Source: Prorocentrum cordatum (taxonomy: Eukaryota). From it: a DNA stretch of 64,000 nucleotides. Positions 60,030-64,000 of the stretch are shown piece after piece (position 1 is the stretch's first letter; the number at the start of each line of letters is the position of its first letter). The notes below the pieces were generated by a model. It had not been told where the DNA came from. It made no database searches and saw only the letters and a program-made list of their open reading frames with translations. A program made the translations under genes and the position numbers. The stretch is from assembly GCA_963575745.1 (NCBI GenBank), contig CAUYUJ010000114.1, forward strand, positions 248,001-312,000, written 5' to 3'.

Positions 60030-62918
60030 GGAGCACACAGGCGCTCCGGCGCACGTAGGCATCGACGTGCATGCAGGGCCAGTGCACTTTGGTGTTCGCG
60101 GGCGCTATGGTGCACGCAGGCACTGGGGCGTACGCGTGCGTTGCGGTGCACGTGGTCGCTGTGGTGTGGACAGGCATCGCGGTGTTCACAGGCGTTGTGA
60201 TGCACGTAGGCATTGTGGTGTACACAGGCGTTGTGGTGCACACGGCTGCTGTGGTGTACAGACGTCGTTGTGTACGCAAGCGTTGCGGTGCAGCAGAAGG
60301 ATATCAGAGGAGGAGGGGCAGAACGGTGAGGGGGAGGCGGAGGGAGTAGGAGGAGGGAAGGGGGAGGGAGCAAGATAAACGCATATGGGCTCTTGTTGTT
60401 GTTCGTTGTTGCCTCTGGCTGAAGACAGTTCGCTGGCACAGAAAAGGAGCGGCGGCGACCCCAGCGCGGGCGTTCAAGGTTGCGACGCGCCCCTGGGGAG
60501 GGAGCTTTCGCGCCCCAGGATTCTCAGAAACGAACCCGCAATGCGAAATCATGGTTCAAGAATGGGCCGATCCACGCGGTGCCAGAAACCATTGTTCAAG
60601 GCGGCACGACACGGACCTACCGCAAAGCCGACGCCTTGCGTTTTCCTACCTTCCTTGCTTCCCCTCCCACCTGCTTCCTGCTCCCCTTCCGCCTTGTCCC
60701 ACCTCTTCCCACGTGGTGCTCGCAAGCAACTACTGTGCCCGCTGGCACGTTTAGCGTTGTGGTGTGCACACAGGCGTTGTGGTGCACGGAGGCATTGGTG
60801 TGCACAGGCGCTGTACACAAGCATTTTTGGGCAGGCAGGCACTGTGGTGTACACATGCGCTGTTGCGCACGTGGCTGCTGCAGTGTACAAAGGCACTGTG
60901 GTGTACACAGGCGTTGTGATGCACGTAGGCACTGTGGTGTGCACAGGCGTTGTGGTGCACACGGCTGCTGTGGTGTACACAGACGTCGTTGTGTACGCAA
61001 GCGTTGCGGTGCAGCAGGATATCAGAGGAGGAGGGGCAGGACGATGAGGGGGAGGCGGAGGGAGTAGGAGGAGGGAAGGGGGAGGGAGCAAGATAACAGC
61101 ATATTCACAGCCTGGTAGCCCCACTTTCGGGGGGGGGCTGCTGGCTCTTGTTGTTGTTCGTTGTTGCCTCTGGCTGCAGACAGCTCGCTGGCGCAGAGAA
61201 GGCGCGGCGGTGACCCCAGCGCGGGCGTTCAAGGTTGCGACGCGCCCCTGGGGAGGGAGCTTTCGCGCCCCAGGATTCTCAGAAACGAGCCCGCAGTGAT
61301 GGTTCAAGACTGGGCCCAGAGCTTCTGCTTGCGAAGAGTGTTCAAGATTGAACCACCCTACGTTTTCCTACTTTCCCCAGTTCCCGCCTCCCCTGCTTCC
61401 CCTCCCACTTGCTCCTTGCTCCCCTTCCGCCTTGTCCCACCTCTTCCCACGCGGTGCTCGCAAGCAACTGCTGTGCCCGCTGGCACGTTTGTCGTTGTGG
61501 TGTGCACACAGGCGTTGTGGTGCACGGAGGCATTGGTGTGCACAGGCGCTGTACACAAGCATTTTGGGGCAGGCAGGCACTGTGGTGTACACATGCGCTG
61601 TTGCGCACGTGGCTGCTGGAGTGTACACAGGCACTGTGGTGTACACAGGCGTTGTGATGCACGTAGGCACTGTGGTGTACACAGGCGTTGTGGTGCGCAC
61701 GGCTGTTGTGGTGTACACAGGCGCCGTGGTGTACGCAAGCGTTGCGGTGCAGGACGACGAGGGGGAGGCGGAGGGAGTAGGAGGAGGGAAGGGGGAGGGA
61801 GCAAGATAGCAGCATATTCACAGCCTGGTGGCCCACTGTGGGGGGGGGGGGGCTGCGGGCTCTTGTTGTTGTTCGTTGTTGCCTCTGGCTGCAGACAGTT
61901 CGCTGGCGCAGAGTAGGCGCGGCGGTGACCCCAGCGCGGGCGTTCAAGGTTGCGACGCGCCCCTGGGGAGGGAGCTTTCGCGCCCCAGGATTCTCAGAAA
62001 CGAACCCGCAGTGATGGTTCAAGACTGGGCCCAGAGCTTCTGCTTGCGCAGACTGTTCAAGATTGAACCACCCTACGTTTTCCTACTTTCCACAGTTCCC
62101 GCCTCCCCTGCTTCCCCTCCCACTTGCTCCCTGCTCCCCTTCCGCCTTGTCTCACCTCTTCCCACGCGGTGCTCGCAAGCAACTGCTGTGCCCGCTGGCA
62201 CGTTTGGCGTTGTGGTGTGCACACAGGCGTTGTGGTGCACGAAGGCATTGGTGTGCACAGGCGCTGTACACAAGCATTTTGGGGCAGGCAGGCAGTGTGG
62301 TGTACACATGCGCTGTTGCGCACGTGGCTGCTAGAGCGTACACAGGCACTGTGGTGTACACAGGCGTTGTGATGCACGTAGGCACTGTGGTGTACACAGG
62401 CGTTGTGGTGCACACGGCTGTTGTGGTGTACACAGGCGCCGTGGTGTACGCAAGCGTTGCGGTGCAGGACGACGAGGGGGAGGCGGAGGGAGTAGGAGGA
62501 GGGAAGGGGGAGGGAGCAAGATAACAACATATTCACAACTTGGTGGCCCATTGTGGGGGGGGGGCTGCGGGCTCTTGTTGTTGTTGGTTGTTGCCTCTGG
62601 CTGCAGACAGTTCGCTGGCGCAGAGTAGGCGCGGCGGTGACCCCAGCGCGGGCGTTCAAGGTTGCGACGCGCCCCTGGGGAGGGAGCTTTCGCGCCCCAG
62701 GATTCTCAGAAACGAACCCGCAGTGATGGTTCAAGACTGGGCCCAGAGCTTCTGCTTGCGCAGACTGTTCAAGATTGAACCACCCTACGTTTTCCTACTT
62801 TCCCCAGTTCCCGCCTCCCCTGCTTCCCCTCCCACTTGCTCCTTGCTCCCCTTCCGCCTTGTCCCACCTCTTCCCACGCGGTGCTCGCAAGCAACTGCTG
62901 TGCCCGCTGGCACGTTTT
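60030..62918. repeat. ~715-bp tandem repeat, about 4 copies, with internal 18-bp subrepeats (GTGGTGTACACAGGC...)
   Basis: GGCTCTTGTTGTTGTT recurs at ~60388, 61143, 61858 and 62570. Confidence 0.92.
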
Positions 62919-62934
62919 GCCGTCCACGCGGCAG

Positions 62935-63861
62935 GCCAGTCCGACCGAGAAGGTGGTGGGTTTGCTCGACGACCTACGGGAGAAGGTGCTCAAGGAGGGC
63001 ACGTTCGAGGCTGGGACGTACAACGACTTCAGCTGCTTCTGCAAGGACACCATGACGGAGAAGTCGGAGGCCATCACCACAGGCGAAGACACGAAGGACG
63101 CGCTGGAAGCAGACATCCAGGCGGCGATGATACGGCGGAACGACGCTGACAAAGGCCTCCAGAAAGCCACAGGCTCCATATCCGATTTGCAGGCGGAGAT
63201 CCAGACCATGACAGCGGAGCACCACGAGGAGGCCCTCAGGAGCGAGAAGGACGAGCTCGACCTCACGAACGCCGTTCACGCGCTGGAGGCTGCCATCCGC
63301 GAACTGCAGGCGGCGAAGGTGGCCACCAGTTTCATCTCCGTTGCGCCGCTGGCCAAACGGATAGGACACGCAGTTGCGCTGGCCCAGGTGCTGGGATTCC
63401 CGCACGTCCAGGGCAAGCCAGCCGCTGCGTTGCTGCAGGCACTCACGGACCCGCTGGACATTCCGGACTCGGTCTACGAGTTCCACTCGGCCGACATCAT
63501 CACCACGCTGGAGGGTTTGATGACGGACTTCAAGAGCAAGAGGGTGGAGGTCCAGGAGGCGGCGGTGGAGGCCAAGAAGGTTTACCTGGCCCTGCTGCAG
63601 GAGAAGGAGGACGCCCTCGGAGTGCACGAGAGCGCCATCAGCGCCAGCAAGACCACGCAGGCCACGGAGACGAAGGCGATCTCGACGGCCTCGGCGGACC
63701 TGTCGGCCGTCTCGGCCAAGCTACTGGACGACCAGAACTACCTGGCCGACCTCTCCGCGCAGTGCCACGAGAAGGCCGTCATCTGGAACCAGCGGACCGA
63801 CATGCGGGCCAGAGAGCTCCAGGCGATCGTCTCGGCCACCGAGATGATAAAGTCGCTGCAG
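62935..63861 (+). CDS. Large exon of a probable secreted long coiled-coil protein of a dinoflagellate-type family; the gene probably continues beyond the window
   Basis: ASPTEKVVGLLDDLREKV...EAGTYNDFSCFCKDT, heptad-rich helices, YEFHSADIITTLEGL and DDQNYLADLSAQCHEKA, with strong GC3 bias and a CAG|G acceptor. The exon end is uncertain (CAG|GA at 63861). Confidence 0.75.
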
Positions 63862-64000
63862 GATCGACCAGACGGCACCGGAGGGGCAACAAACGTGGCG
63901 GGGCCGAGGGTGGAGGAGGAGGAGGAGGAGGTGGAGGAGAGAAGAGGAGGAGGAGGATGAGGAGGAGGATGAGGAGGAGGATGAGGAGGAAAGGAGGAGG

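Noticed and set aside
59947..62900. Cys/His/Thr-rich repeated ORFs and a CRISPR-like appearance
   Set aside because: This is a tandem array with non-unique 'spacers', no cas genes and a eukaryotic context.

Overview
This is GC-rich, repeat-dense eukaryotic DNA. AG|G junctions with GC/GA donors, spliced-leader-like relics and a typical coiled-coil gene family point to a dinoflagellate nuclear genome (inference). From left to right: (1) a Ty1/copia LTR retrotransposon on the - strand with CCCH-finger Gag, PR-INT-RT, a frameshifted RNase H and a >600-aa C-terminal extension running off the left edge; (2) a disrupted Cys-rich ORF between (CTA)n tracts; (3) a second, 5'-truncated copia element with a cytosine-methyltransferase-like segment upstream of integrase; (4) a ~24.4-kb segment (20444-44864) bounded by CCCAGAGGATC terminal inverted repeats, carrying a reconstructable 3-exon CMC/CACTA-type DDE transposase (~681 aa) and two co-oriented multi-exon genes of unknown function whose introns are mostly microsatellites; (5) a disrupted LINE (APE-RT-C2H2-RNase H start) cut by the right TIR, with an HDV-like ribozyme signature at its 5' end; (6) tandem and dispersed repeats, most lying in the ~8.8-kb first intron of a probable secreted coiled-coil gene that runs to the right edge. 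All calls come from reading motifs by eye; no database searches were run.
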